Source of the DNA: a virus
Taxonomy: Duplodnaviria > Heunggongvirae > Uroviricota > Caudoviricetes
IMG/VR virus record: IMGVR_UViG_2728369187_000005
Length of the DNA: 43,500 bases
Strand: one strand, 5' to 3'
Numbering within the stretch: the stretch's first letter is position 1; each line of letters opens with the position of its first letter. A model generated the notes under the pieces. It was not told where the DNA came from. It saw only the letters and a list, made by a program, of their open reading frames with translations, and did no database searches. A program made the position numbers and the translations under genes. Below, piece after piece: positions 20,807-29,483 of this stretch.

Positions 20807-21674
20807 TTGTCACCCCCATTGATATGCAGGGTGTCTTCTTCCTGTATTTTTCGTGAAGGATTTTTACTGCAGCGTTGTTCCAGGTGACCTGATGGTGAAT
20901 GCGTTTATGGCTGGCACCCATCAGTGAGATTTTTACGCACGACGGCGCATACATGACGGAGTAAAAACTTTTAACGTAGGTTCCGGAATCCAGATACAGC
21001 TCGGTCATTCCGCCGCTGTTTTTCTGCGTCTGTTTCTGCCCTAACTGGACAGCACCGATCGTCATAAACAATTCACCACAGCGACCGAGATTCGTGTACG
21101 TATTCACATCCTCGTTAATGCGCCCCATGAATGAGAACGGTCGATCAACCGAACAGATAAAGCTGTTCATTGCCTTGCGTTTCACCCACGAAGCATGGCC
21201 GCCATTGTCACCAAGAAAATCCCCGCCCTGCGACATAGCGATGGAAAGAGCAGGTATTGATTCGTAGTACGCCAGCATTTCAGAAAGGATCGCATCCAGT
21301 TTCCTTATCGGAAAATAGGCCTGGTCATAGTTGCGATCCACCCGAAACTGGAACTCGTGATAATCATCATCGAGCTGAATGAAGTATTTACACCCGACCA
21401 GTTTTGCCAGGTCGAAACAGGCATTACGGGCGTAAAAAATTGAGCGGCGGTCACAGAAATTATCGGCTTCGTCAAAACGACTGGCGATATCGGCTTTGGA
21501 AAACACCAGCACCTGTTCACCAAATTCAGCCATGTACTGATGCCGTGTCTTATCTTCATCATCAACAACGATAAAAATTTTCCCGGTATAGCCAGCACGA
21601 CGCAACGTCCGGTAAGTCAGAACTTTGTCCGGTCGCCCGTGAGTCAGAATAAAGGCGCAAAAATCATCACGCAT
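20742..21674 (-). CDS. hypothetical protein with GT-A-like DxD motif pattern (K-12 ydaY-like region)
   Basis: Start MRDDFCAF at 21674, overlapping the upstream stop within ATGCGTGA and preceded by GGAGGAGGAGGAA; motif series FILTHGRP ... IFIVVDDED ... FIQLDDDY. Confidence 0.6.
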   Translation of the reverse strand: MRDDFCAFILTHGRPDKVLTYRTLRRAGYTGKIFIVVDDEDKTRHQYMAEFGEQVLVFSKADIASRFDEADNFCDRRSIFYARNACFDLAKLVGCKYFIQLDDDYHEFQFRVDRNYDQAYFPIRKLDAILSEMLAYYESIPALSIAMSQGGDFLGDNGGHASWVKRKAMNSFICSVDRPFSFMGRINEDVNTYTNLGRCGELFMTIGAVQLGQKQTQKNSGGMTELYLDSGTYVKSFYSVMYAPSCVKISLMGASHKRIHHQVTWNNAAVKILHEKYRKKTPCISMGVTNDSVFESRVSGSVPDDCTTNR

Positions 21675-22458
21675 ATTCCTCCTCCTCACCACCATGCATG
21701 ATCTCCACCATGCGCTGCGTCATCCGGACAAATCCATTTTCAATAGCCTGCTGATAATCAATGATCACCAGCGCCGACTCCTCGAAAAAACACTGAATTT
21801 CAGAGGGGGCGTGAGCGTAATAGTCCGCAATTCTGCTGAAATTAAACACCGTGTGACGTTCTGCCGCACACAGGAGGAATTTCTCAATATCAGGCTCAAG
21901 GGACGCCGAACGTATCCGGCTGATCAGCTCCTGAGTTTTCGTATCGTCGTACAGTTCACTGATATCCGGTTTACCGCCCGACGGCTCATAAACAGGCGTA
22001 TCAATTTTCGTCGTATACGGCTCCTCCTCATTTCCTGTACCGGGCAAAACATCCGTCAACAGTTCATCAATTTCTGTCGGGATGAAGCCTGTCAGGGAGA
22101 CATCAAAATCAGCATTGATTAGGTCCGACAGCTCCATCCGCAACAGATCTTCATCCCAGCCAGCATTCATCGGCAGGCGATTATCTGCCAGGCGGTACGC
22201 CTTTTTCTGCTCATCCGTCAGGCCAGACAGAACAATGACCGGAACAGAATCCATTTTGAGCATTTCAGCCGCCATAACACGACCGTGACCCGCAATAATT
22301 TCGCCCTTTTCGTCAATCAGCACCGGATTAGTCCAGCCGAATTGCTTAATACTTTCTACCAGTTGTGCCACCTGCTCAGTACTGTGCGTCCTGGCGTTGT
22401 GCGCATACGGTGACAATTCTTGTAATGGGCGATAGACTATCTTTAATTTCTCGCTCAT
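21667..22458 (-). CDS. ynaK: ParB-like nuclease domain protein
   Basis: N-terminal ParB/Srx-type motif block IVYRPLQELSPYAHNARTHS ... NPVLIDEKGEIIAGHGRVMAA; 263 aa; acidic C-terminal tail. Confidence 0.8.
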   Translation of the reverse strand: MSEKLKIVYRPLQELSPYAHNARTHSTEQVAQLVESIKQFGWTNPVLIDEKGEIIAGHGRVMAAEMLKMDSVPVIVLSGLTDEQKKAYRLADNRLPMNAGWDEDLLRMELSDLINADFDVSLTGFIPTEIDELLTDVLPGTGNEEEPYTTKIDTPVYEPSGGKPDISELYDDTKTQELISRIRSASLEPDIEKFLLCAAERHTVFNFSRIADYYAHAPSEIQCFFEESALVIIDYQQAIENGFVRMTQRMVEIMHGGEEEEYA

Positions 22459-22595
22459 ACAGCCTTGCTTTATGAATAAAACGCACCCCAGCAGCCAGTG
22501 CTACTGGGGACGGAGGTGTTGCTGGTAAAGTTAGGTATTGGATCAATGAGTGAGTCAACATAATATTAAACTCACAATTATAAATCAGCCATATA

Positions 22596-24053
22596 TTAGG
22601 AGCGCCAAAAAAAACCTGAAAACAATATAATAACAGGATAAATTTCAAGGCGACCAAGAATCATAGCTATGCACATTAAACATTTTGCAATGTCATTAAG
22701 CACTCCGAATGACGATGCAGTAGCCCCAAAACCTAATCCCATATTATTAATACATGCAGCCACTGTTGCAAATGATGTAAGAAAATCATATCCCATACCA
22801 TTTAACACCAGTATAAAAAACACCGTGAAGAGAGTATAAAGAAAAAAGAAACTCCATACAGACCTCATTACACGATCTGTAACTATCTTCCCTCCTACAT
22901 TTACACTCAACAACGCTCTGGGATGAGAAAGCTGATTTATCTCGTGTTTGCTTTGTTTGAAAAGTATAAGAAATCGAAGTGACTTAATTCCACCACAAGT
23001 TGAACCTATACATCCCCCAAAGAAACTTGACAACAGCAAAAACACTATCGTGTGCGTGGGCCAACTTGCATAATCCTGCGTAGCTAAACCATTATCAGTG
23101 AGCATGGAGCTGGCAAGAAAAAACGAATGAATAAAACTTCCATGCAAGTCATACATACCTATATGCCAGACCTGGAAAGAGGTAACAATGATCACCCCTA
23201 AGGCTATTAACAGAAAGAAACGAAGTTCAATATCTCTGATTAAAGGTTTTATCGTTTTCCTGCTAATAACAATATACCAAAGAGTGAAGTTGAAAGCCGA
23301 TAGCAGGGAAAAAGAACCAGCCACCAGCTCAACCAAATAGTTATTAAAATATCCGATACTCTCGCTATGAGTTGAGAAACCACCAAGCGAAACTGTGGAA
23401 ATCCCGTGACAAATAGCATCAAACAAAGGCATTCCTGCAAGTCTATAACAGACAATACAAGCAATACCTAATAAAGAATAAGTTATCCACAGTGTCCGTG
23501 ACGTATCGGCCAGGCGGGGAGTGAGTTTGTCATCCTTAAATGGCCCCGGCATTTCTGACTGATAAAGCTTTGCACCACCAATACCCAATAATGGCAATAC
23601 AGCAACCGCCAGAACAATAACTCCTAAACCACCTATAAAATTTAACTGTGACCGATAGTACAAATATGCCCGAGGTAATGAACTAACATCATCAATTACA
23701 GTTGCTCCTGTTGTTGTTATTCCAGAAACCCCTTCAAACAGAGCATCAATGAACGTTAAATTAAGTTCTGAGTCAATCCATAAAGGGAATGCACTAATAA
23801 CAGAAAACAAAATCCAAAACATTACAATTATAATAAACCCATCACGGGTACGTAATTGAATGCCAGATTTCTTAGTTGTATACCACGCTCCGCCACCAAT
23901 GCAAAAAAATATAACGAAAGTTATAAAGAAAACGAACAGGCTTTTTTCTTTATAAAACAATGCTACAACCATTGGTGGCAACATTGAAAGACTATAGAGC
24001 CAAACCAGGAACCCACACATATGAGTAACAACTCTTACATGAGATGTATTCAT
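22596..24053 (-). CDS. trkG: Trk-family K+ uptake transporter
   Basis: Polytopic membrane ORF with N-terminus MNTSHVRVVTHMCGFLVWLYSLSML as recalled for K-12 TrkG; AT-rich codon usage typical of a moron. Confidence 0.9.
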   Translation of the reverse strand: MNTSHVRVVTHMCGFLVWLYSLSMLPPMVVALFYKEKSLFVFFITFVIFFCIGGGAWYTTKKSGIQLRTRDGFIIIVMFWILFSVISAFPLWIDSELNLTFIDALFEGVSGITTTGATVIDDVSSLPRAYLYYRSQLNFIGGLGVIVLAVAVLPLLGIGGAKLYQSEMPGPFKDDKLTPRLADTSRTLWITYSLLGIACIVCYRLAGMPLFDAICHGISTVSLGGFSTHSESIGYFNNYLVELVAGSFSLLSAFNFTLWYIVISRKTIKPLIRDIELRFFLLIALGVIIVTSFQVWHIGMYDLHGSFIHSFFLASSMLTDNGLATQDYASWPTHTIVFLLLSSFFGGCIGSTCGGIKSLRFLILFKQSKHEINQLSHPRALLSVNVGGKIVTDRVMRSVWSFFFLYTLFTVFFILVLNGMGYDFLTSFATVAACINNMGLGFGATASSFGVLNDIAKCLMCIAMILGRLEIYPVIILFSGFFWRS

Positions 24054-24190
24054 ATCTAAATATTCTTTCAATTATAACCACCTTGCTGCAATATTATGAT
24101 TATACTGTATAAAATTTAACTCCTCTTAGATCTTACTTCACTGTTCCTTATGAAACAATCATCAAAATGAATCATATTGTAGTTAAGATT

Positions 24191-24655
24191 TTACTTTAAA
24201 CACTGCTCGGTTATGTATTGCTGAGCACCTTCAAGTTGGGCCTGCATCATTACCAGTCGTTCCCGGAGGGTGAAATAATCCCGTTCAGCGGTGTCTGCCA
24301 GTCGGGGGGAGGCTGCATTATCCACGCCGGAGGCGGTGGTGGCTTCACGCACTGACTGACAGACTGCTTTGATGTGCAACCGACGACGACCAGCGGCAAC
24401 ATCATCACGCAGAGCATCATTTTCAGCTTTCGCATCAGCTAACTCCTTCGTGTATTTTGCATCGAGCGCAGCAACATCACGCTGACGCATCTGCATGTCA
24501 GTAATTGCCGCGTTCGCCAGCTTCAGTTCTCTGGCATTTTTGTCGCGCTGTTCTTTGTAGGCGATGGCGTTATCACGGTAATGATTAACACCCCATGACA
24601 GGCAGACGACGATGCAGATAACCAGAGCGGAGATAATCGCGGTTACTCTGCTCAT
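24191..24655 (-). CDS. i-spanin Rz
   Basis: 154-aa ORF with N-terminal TM segment and coiled-coil periplasmic domain; overlaps the endolysin stop. Confidence 0.8.
   Translation of the reverse strand: MSRVTAIISALVICIVVCLSWGVNHYRDNAIAYKEQRDKNARELKLANAAITDMQMRQRDVAALDAKYTKELADAKAENDALRDDVAAGRRRLHIKAVCQSVREATTASGVDNAASPRLADTAERDYFTLRERLVMMQAQLEGAQQYITEQCLK
24250..24435 (-). CDS. o-spanin Rz1 (embedded in Rz, +1 frame)
   Basis: 61-aa ORF with lipobox LVVVGC and proline-rich mature part, fully inside Rz. Confidence 0.7.
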   Translation of the reverse strand: MRKLKMMLCVMMLPLVVVGCTSKQSVSQCVKPPPPPAWIMQPPPDWQTPLNGIISPSGNDW

Positions 24656-25128
24656 ACCTCAATCTCTCTGACCGTTCCGCCAGCTTCTTTGAATTTTGCA
24701 ATCAGACTGTCAGCCTTATGCTCGAACTGACCATAACCAGCGCCCGGCAGTGAAGCCCATATATTGCTGCAACGGTCGATAGCCTGACGGATATCACCGC
24801 GATCAATCATCGGCAAAGCGCCACGCTCTTTAATCTGCTGCAGCGCTACAGCATCCTGACTTTCTGGAGAAAAATCTTTCAGGCCAAGTTGCTTGCGGTA
24901 GGCATCCCACCAGCGTGAAAGAAGCTGGTAACGTCCAGCGGCTGTTGATTTGAGTTTCGGATTTAGCGTGACAAGTTTGCGGGGGTGATCGGAGTAATCA
25001 GTGAACAGTTCGCCACCGACAATAACATCATAACCGTGATTTCTGGTTTTCTGCCGTCCGTTATCTGTTCCTTCTGACCATGCCACCATATCAAGGAAAG
25101 CTTTACGCTGGGAATTAAGTGTCTGCAT
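24652..25128 (-). CDS. R: endolysin, lambda R-type lytic transglycosylase
   Basis: 158-aa ORF; ...[46 protein letters not shown]... near-identical to lambda R as recalled. Confidence 0.9.
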   Translation of the reverse strand: MQTLNSQRKAFLDMVAWSEGTDNGRQKTRNHGYDVIVGGELFTDYSDHPRKLVTLNPKLKSTAAGRYQLLSRWWDAYRKQLGLKDFSPESQDAVALQQIKERGALPMIDRGDIRQAIDRCSNIWASLPGAGYGQFEHKADSLIAKFKEAGGTVREIEV

Positions 25129-25131
25129 TAA

Positions 25132-25482
25132 TTACTCCTTATGGGCACCGAACTTGTTACCGATGACCCTCATTGCCGCACCACGAATAGCATCAACACC
25201 AATCAGCCCCACCCCACCACCAATGGCAACAGAAAGTGATTTAGGCCATCCGACATACTCAAGCGCGGATGCAAAGGTCAGCGTCAGAGCACCACAAAGC
25301 AGAATCTCAAGCGTTTTTCGTTTCCAGCCGCCGCCACCGCCAAAATAGGCAATGCGCAAACCAGCCATAATAATTGACATAACCACTGCACCCAGCGGCG
25401 TATCTCCACGCCACCAACTTTGTAAGAGTTCCAGTAAGTCAGGCCAGGAATGAGGGGCATTGTGCATTTTCATAAGCCTCAC
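25132..25482 (-). CDS. holin
   Basis: 116-aa ORF with hydrophobic segments and M-x-x-M-K-M dual-start-like N-terminus, immediately upstream of the endolysin. Confidence 0.65.
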   Translation of the reverse strand: MRLMKMHNAPHSWPDLLELLQSWWRGDTPLGAVVMSIIMAGLRIAYFGGGGGWKRKTLEILLCGALTLTFASALEYVGWPKSLSVAIGGGVGLIGVDAIRGAAMRVIGNKFGAHKE

Positions 25483-25569
25483 CTCCGAGAGTTCGGATGG
25501 TGCTAAGTGTAAGATTCAGGCTCTCAGGCTTGCTAACAAGAAGTCGAGGATGTTTCCAGAGCCTAACAA

Positions 25570-25596
25570 CGAAAAAGCCCCGGGACATGCCGGGGC
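25570..25596 (-). terminator. intrinsic terminator upstream of the holin
   Basis: Minus-strand GCCCCGG-catgtc-CCGGGGC followed by TTTTTCGTTGTT. Confidence 0.5.
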
Positions 25597-25690
25597 CAGA
25601 TGGAGTGCCAGATTAAGCTTCTGGCGGTATATACTCGTGTTTGATATCGTTAAATCGCCAAAAGTAACAATTCAAACAAAGAGGATTTTT

Positions 25691-25852
25691 ATGTCTGAAA
25701 AAAACAAACCACAAGGTGAAAATAAACCTCAGCAACCCGTGGCACCAAAACCAACTCCAACACAAAGTACTACAGACTTTGCTACACGTCGTGTTTTTGT
25801 TGGAGATTCTGCCGACTCAGTCATTGAACATATAAAAAAACAGCCGAGATAA
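25691..25852 (+). CDS. small Pro/Lys-rich hypothetical protein (53 aa), convergent with the membrane-protein moron
   Basis: ATG 7 nt after AAGAGGA; MSEKNKPQGENKPQQPVAPKPTPTQSTTDFATRRVFVGDSADSVIEHIKKQPR; 3' end overlaps the 189-aa gene. Confidence 0.35.
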   Translation: MSEKNKPQGENKPQQPVAPKPTPTQSTTDFATRRVFVGDSADSVIEHIKKQPR

Positions 25853-26390
25853 ACATCGCCGCTACCGGAGCAAGGATGGTATACATCCTTGCTTTATCGA
25901 GACTCGTGCGGATTTTCTCATTTTCCAACAGTAACTCTCTTGCTGTATCACTCAAGTCAACAAGGCGATACCTTCGTATAAGCGGCAATAACTTATCAGG
26001 TCCTAAATATCCTGCATCAGCGAATATTTTAAAGCTCGAGGGCTCCATATCCTTATATTTTTCATGATATATATGATCAGGAGGGGCATTGATCAGGCCC
26101 CTAACCTTCACAGATAAACCAGTACATACCAAGTAAATGGCGCACCATGTCCATAGTAATGTAAATGTGGTAATTCCGGCGGTGAGAAAATCGAAATTAG
26201 TTTTCTGTGTCAGCAATAAAAAAGATGAACCAATTCCAACAATCTGAATGTTCAGAAGTTTGTATCCATTCTCAACATTGGTTTTGTTAGAAAGATGAAT
26301 CTCTCGTATCGTCTCTTCCCCTTGTTTTTCAAGATAATCGACGAGCTCATCATCTACTCCTAAAAAATAATCTTTAGGTAGTTCTCTCAT
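25821..26390 (-). CDS. hypothetical polytopic membrane protein (moron between Q and holin)
   Basis: 189-aa ORF, AT-rich; GGAGG upstream of ATG; about three hydrophobic segments (IQIVGIGSSFLLL, FLTAGITTFTLLWTWCAIYLVCTGL, MYTILAPVAAMFISAVFLYV). Confidence 0.6.
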   Translation of the reverse strand: MRELPKDYFLGVDDELVDYLEKQGEETIREIHLSNKTNVENGYKLLNIQIVGIGSSFLLLTQKTNFDFLTAGITTFTLLWTWCAIYLVCTGLSVKVRGLINAPPDHIYHEKYKDMEPSSFKIFADAGYLGPDKLLPLIRRYRLVDLSDTARELLLENEKIRTSLDKARMYTILAPVAAMFISAVFLYVQ

Positions 26391-26495
26391 CTCACCTCCA
26401 CATCCTGTACTGAAAACAATTTTACCAGAATGTCTCGATTCTAGGTATTCAGCCAGGAATCGCGCTCCAGAAATGAAACATCAGGTTCACCAGTA

Positions 26496-26528
26496 CCAGA
26501 AACAACAAAACCCGCTCAATGGCGGGTT
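26496..26528 (-). terminator. intrinsic terminator downstream of the Q-like gene (tR'-like)
   Basis: Minus-strand AACCCGC-cattga-GCGGGTT followed by TTTTGTTGTTTCT, about 85 nt after the Q-like stop. Confidence 0.45.
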
Positions 26529-26611
26529 CTGGTAAAGTTCATGCGCTTGGTTCGCCTCGCGATACAGCTTTGCGAAGCATACCGGAATTGAAGCAGTTTA
26601 TGCGTAAAAAA

Positions 26612-27154
26612 TCAAGCTATTTTTTGAGCAAATGATTCTCGCATGGGAATATATAGGGCATACTCAGCAACAGCCAACCAATTAGCAATTCGCTTTTCGC
26701 ATGTGCTAAAACACCACTCAGGATGTGCATCATTTAGCAATTCAGCCATTTTGCGCTTAGTCATCCCCCGTCCTTCATACCGTTGCCGGAGGACACTAAT
26801 CAATCCAGGATGCTCTGCCAGCACCTCACTTATGACTCGATCAATACATAACGCCTCTGCATCAGTACAATGCGCCAGCCAGCTCTTTTGCTTGCCGTTG
26901 ATCATCTCTCGCAAAAACGCTTCCAGCTCAGCTTTCTCTATTCCCGCTTTTTTCATTCTGCGCAGGGCTTCATTGATGGCTGTTTTCGTCAATTTTTTGG
27001 ATGCCAACAACTGATTGAACATATTTCCTGACCTGCCACCGCCAATATACGACCAGCGCCCCCACATACGCAGTTTGCCCTGAATCCAGACACTTTCCAG
27101 CGTGGCGAGACGAAGGTGTTCTCCGCTTTTTCCTGTATTCGTTGGGTAAATCAC
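26612..27154 (-). CDS. putative late-gene antiterminator Q
   Basis: ORF 26612-27274; GTG start at 27154 chosen (AAGGAGGG upstream, GTGA overlap with the upstream stop); last gene before the terminator and lysis region. Confidence 0.5.
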   Translation of the reverse strand: MIYPTNTGKSGEHLRLATLESVWIQGKLRMWGRWSYIGGGRSGNMFNQLLASKKLTKTAINEALRRMKKAGIEKAELEAFLREMINGKQKSWLAHCTDAEALCIDRVISEVLAEHPGLISVLRQRYEGRGMTKRKMAELLNDAHPEWCFSTCEKRIANWLAVAEYALYIPMRESFAQKIA

Positions 27155-27441
27155 AAATATCCCTCCTTTCTCCAGATTTCTTGTGTGCGAAAAACACCTT
27201 CTGCATGCATCAGGCGTAATTCTTCTTTGGTGTAATCGCTGGTTTTTACCCGCCCGTCGATTAGATCGTGGCATGAGCTACAGGCAATCGCCGCCTGCAT
27301 ATCGTGTGGTTTTGTCGCTGTTCCGCACGTTCCCGCCAGTCGGTAATGCGCCAGCACAGACGTTTCCGGATCGTGATTGCAGTAGCCAGGAATTCTGACG
27401 GTGCACATCTGCCCCCGCGCCGCTTTACGTAAATCCACCAT
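27151..27441 (-). CDS. DUF1364-type Cys-rich protein (YbcO-like)
   Basis: 96-aa ORF with Cys motifs (CTVRIPGYC ... AIACSSCHD) resembling DLP12 YbcO as recalled. Confidence 0.7.
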   Translation of the reverse strand: MVDLRKAARGQMCTVRIPGYCNHDPETSVLAHYRLAGTCGTATKPHDMQAAIACSSCHDLIDGRVKTSDYTKEELRLMHAEGVFRTQEIWRKEGYL

Positions 27442-28040
27442 TACGCAAACTCCAGCAGCTGCGCGGTCACATTTTCGACTTGTTCCGGAGAGGAAAATTT
27501 ACGGAACAGAATCCAGTTCCACAGCACATTCAGAACAGATTTATAAACCTGCTGAAACTCGGTTTCGTCCATATTCGCAAAAGCGATGGATTTCGCCCGA
27601 CGCCCATGGCTACCATCAGGATAAAGATGCTCGGTGTAAAATCCGGCCTGAATGGTTACCCACTCGCGGAAAGCCTCAAACGACTTTAGCAATGCCGTAT
27701 CCCGGGTTCTGCGTGTCGCAACTGTATTCAGATATTGCTCTGCGGCTTCGCTCAGAGCTGGCGTATGTTCCCGGCCTACTGATTCACATAGGTAATCAAC
27801 GAATCCTGAAACCAGCTTTCGTTCGCGAGGCGTGATCGCCCCACCGACCGGAGTCCAGTAATCGAATCCCAGTTGCAGGAGTTTGAAAAAACGCTTGTGG
27901 AATGCGTAGTTACGCACACGCTTAAAGTCTGCGTGTATCCACTCGCCTATTTTGATTTGATGCAAAAAATCGCAACTCTCCGGCGTCGCCGGGAGAAGTA
28001 GTCCAGAAGAGGTTTGTTTGACCAGTTGTATATGCGCCAT
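27441..28040 (-). CDS. conserved nin-region phage protein (possibly DUF1367-like)
   Basis: 199-aa ORF, first gene of the minus-strand cluster ending in the Q-like gene; ATG overlaps the downstream start region. Confidence 0.6.
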   Translation of the reverse strand: MAHIQLVKQTSSGLLLPATPESCDFLHQIKIGEWIHADFKRVRNYAFHKRFFKLLQLGFDYWTPVGGAITPRERKLVSGFVDYLCESVGREHTPALSEAAEQYLNTVATRRTRDTALLKSFEAFREWVTIQAGFYTEHLYPDGSHGRRAKSIAFANMDETEFQQVYKSVLNVLWNWILFRKFSSPEQVENVTAQLLEFA

Positions 28041-28224
28041 TTCTCAATCTCTCGATGGCGCAGTGCAGCAGATGCCAGTTGTTCAGGCTGACGAATAAAG
28101 TATAAATAAACTGGCTATGGTGTAAAGCTCCACATAACATGAACAAACACTACATATCAAATAGCTGATACAAGGATAGAAATACAACACTTATTATTAA
28201 AAACGATTAGATAAATTACATTTT

Positions 28225-28259
28225 AATGTTATGAAAAAGTTCTTTTTTATCATAACATT
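28225..28259. promoter_or_regulatory. palindrome AATGTTATGA-N15-TCATAACATT (candidate operator) in divergent intergenic region
   Basis: Perfect 10-bp inverted repeat, extendable with one bulge to about 15 bp. Confidence 0.35.
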
Positions 28260-28318
28260 TCAACAAAAGCATTACAGATGCACATCCCGTCATCATCAAT
28301 TATTTAAGGTGGTTAAAC

Positions 28319-28405
28319 ATGGAAAATAACAACTATGCACATCTCGCTCCTTTTTTATCCGTAATCCTTTTCGCTGGCTGTTTTATATGGGCATTATTTT
28401 TATAA
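28319..28405 (+). CDS. small hydrophobic peptide (28 aa)
   Basis: ATG 6 nt after AAGGTGG; MENNNYAHLAPFLSVILFAGCFIWALFL; single predicted TM helix. Confidence 0.35.
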   Translation: MENNNYAHLAPFLSVILFAGCFIWALFL

Positions 28406-28478
28406 AGTAGCCGCATGATTAGTTTCTGGAATCATGTTTCCCACTCAAATCATTAACATTTGATAAGATATATCTAAA

Positions 28479-28540
28479 AGGATGCCTTTACATTATTTGA
28501 TGCGTATATGATTTATTTATATGCACAGTAAAGGCATCCT
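28479..28540. other. long hairpin, perfect 13-bp stem with about 36-nt loop
   Basis: AGGATGCCTTTAC ... GTAAAGGCATCCT; minus-strand version is followed by TTTTAGATAT. Confidence 0.4.
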
Positions 28541-28907
28541 GGAAATAATCAAGATTAATGATATATTGCTTATCTCATCCCCCACTGTCTTTCACCCGGA
28601 AAACATTTATCGTTAAAAATATATCATAAGTAATTAAATTGAAATTTCAGAACACAACTAATGCACACAATAAGATTCAGTAACAGTAATCTATGCGGAC
28701 TATATCGAGATTTTTTAGTTAAACTTTAATAAGTTATTCCTAACACACAGAATGCACAAACTAAAAGTAAAACAAATAGTTATACGAAAAACAACCATAT
28801 TGATTCTATCTTCTCCTCTAATCAACATATCAATTATGTGTTTCATAACAGCTTGACATAACCCTCAAAAAGGTGCATTTATAATGCATGTTTTATGGGA
28901 GGTGGTT

Positions 28908-29249
28908 ATGACACACAAGAGAATTCCTAAAGACTGGGTAATCAAACGCTCAACTCCGTTCTTCACAAAAGAGAACGTACCTTCAGCGTTATTAACACAT
29001 CATAATACAGCAGCAGGTGTTTTTGGACAGTTATGCGTGATGGAAGGTACTGTAACATATTATGGTTTTGCTGATGAGAATGCTACTGAACCGGAGATAA
29101 AAGTAGTCATTAATGCTGGCGCTTTTGCAACAAGCCCACCACAATACTGGCACCGTGTTGAACTAAGCGATGATGCTCAGTTTAATATTAACTTTTGGGT
29201 AGCTCCAGACTTCTCAGGCGAAAAAGTCTATACCGCAAAAAAAGAATAG
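28908..29249 (+). CDS. YeaR-like (DUF1971) cupin-type protein
   Basis: ORF 28884-29249; ATG at 28908 after GGGAGGTGG; motifs RSTPFFTKENVP ... FNINFWVAPDF resemble E. coli YeaR as recalled. Confidence 0.55.
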   Translation: MTHKRIPKDWVIKRSTPFFTKENVPSALLTHHNTAAGVFGQLCVMEGTVTYYGFADENATEPEIKVVINAGAFATSPPQYWHRVELSDDAQFNINFWVAPDFSGEKVYTAKKE

Positions 29250-29410
29250 CCACGCTATAAATATCTTATTAACTAGTCCCGGCGTGGTTCTTTCCCCGCT
29301 GGGTCTTTTACTCAGATTAGTAGTCTACGAATCAGAGCCTCCGTCTGCCAGTTCGGATTCGTACCTCGCAGAGGTCTTTCCTCGTTACCAGTGCCGTCAC
29401 TATGACGGTT

Positions 29411-29483
29411 NNNNNNNNNNNNNNNNNNNNNNNNNNNNNNNNNNNNNNNNNNNNNNNNNNNNNNNNNNNNNNNNNNNNNNNNN
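29411..29483. other. assembly gap (73 N) in non-coding region
   Basis: Run of N. Confidence 0.99.

Noticed and set aside
26643-27206. Alternative-frame ORFs (123 aa plus strand, 78 aa minus strand) overlapping the Q-like gene
   Set aside because: Embedded in the longer ORF that has a coupled start and a ribosome-binding site; no independent start signals
29290-29410. Possible tRNA or tRNA-like element (T-loop-like GGTACGAATCC on the minus strand), as expected between Q and lysis genes in some lambdoid phages
   Set aside because: No acceptor stem, D-arm or anticodon arm could be folded around the motif by eye; the region is truncated by the gap; a tRNAscan/Infernal run would be needed to revive it
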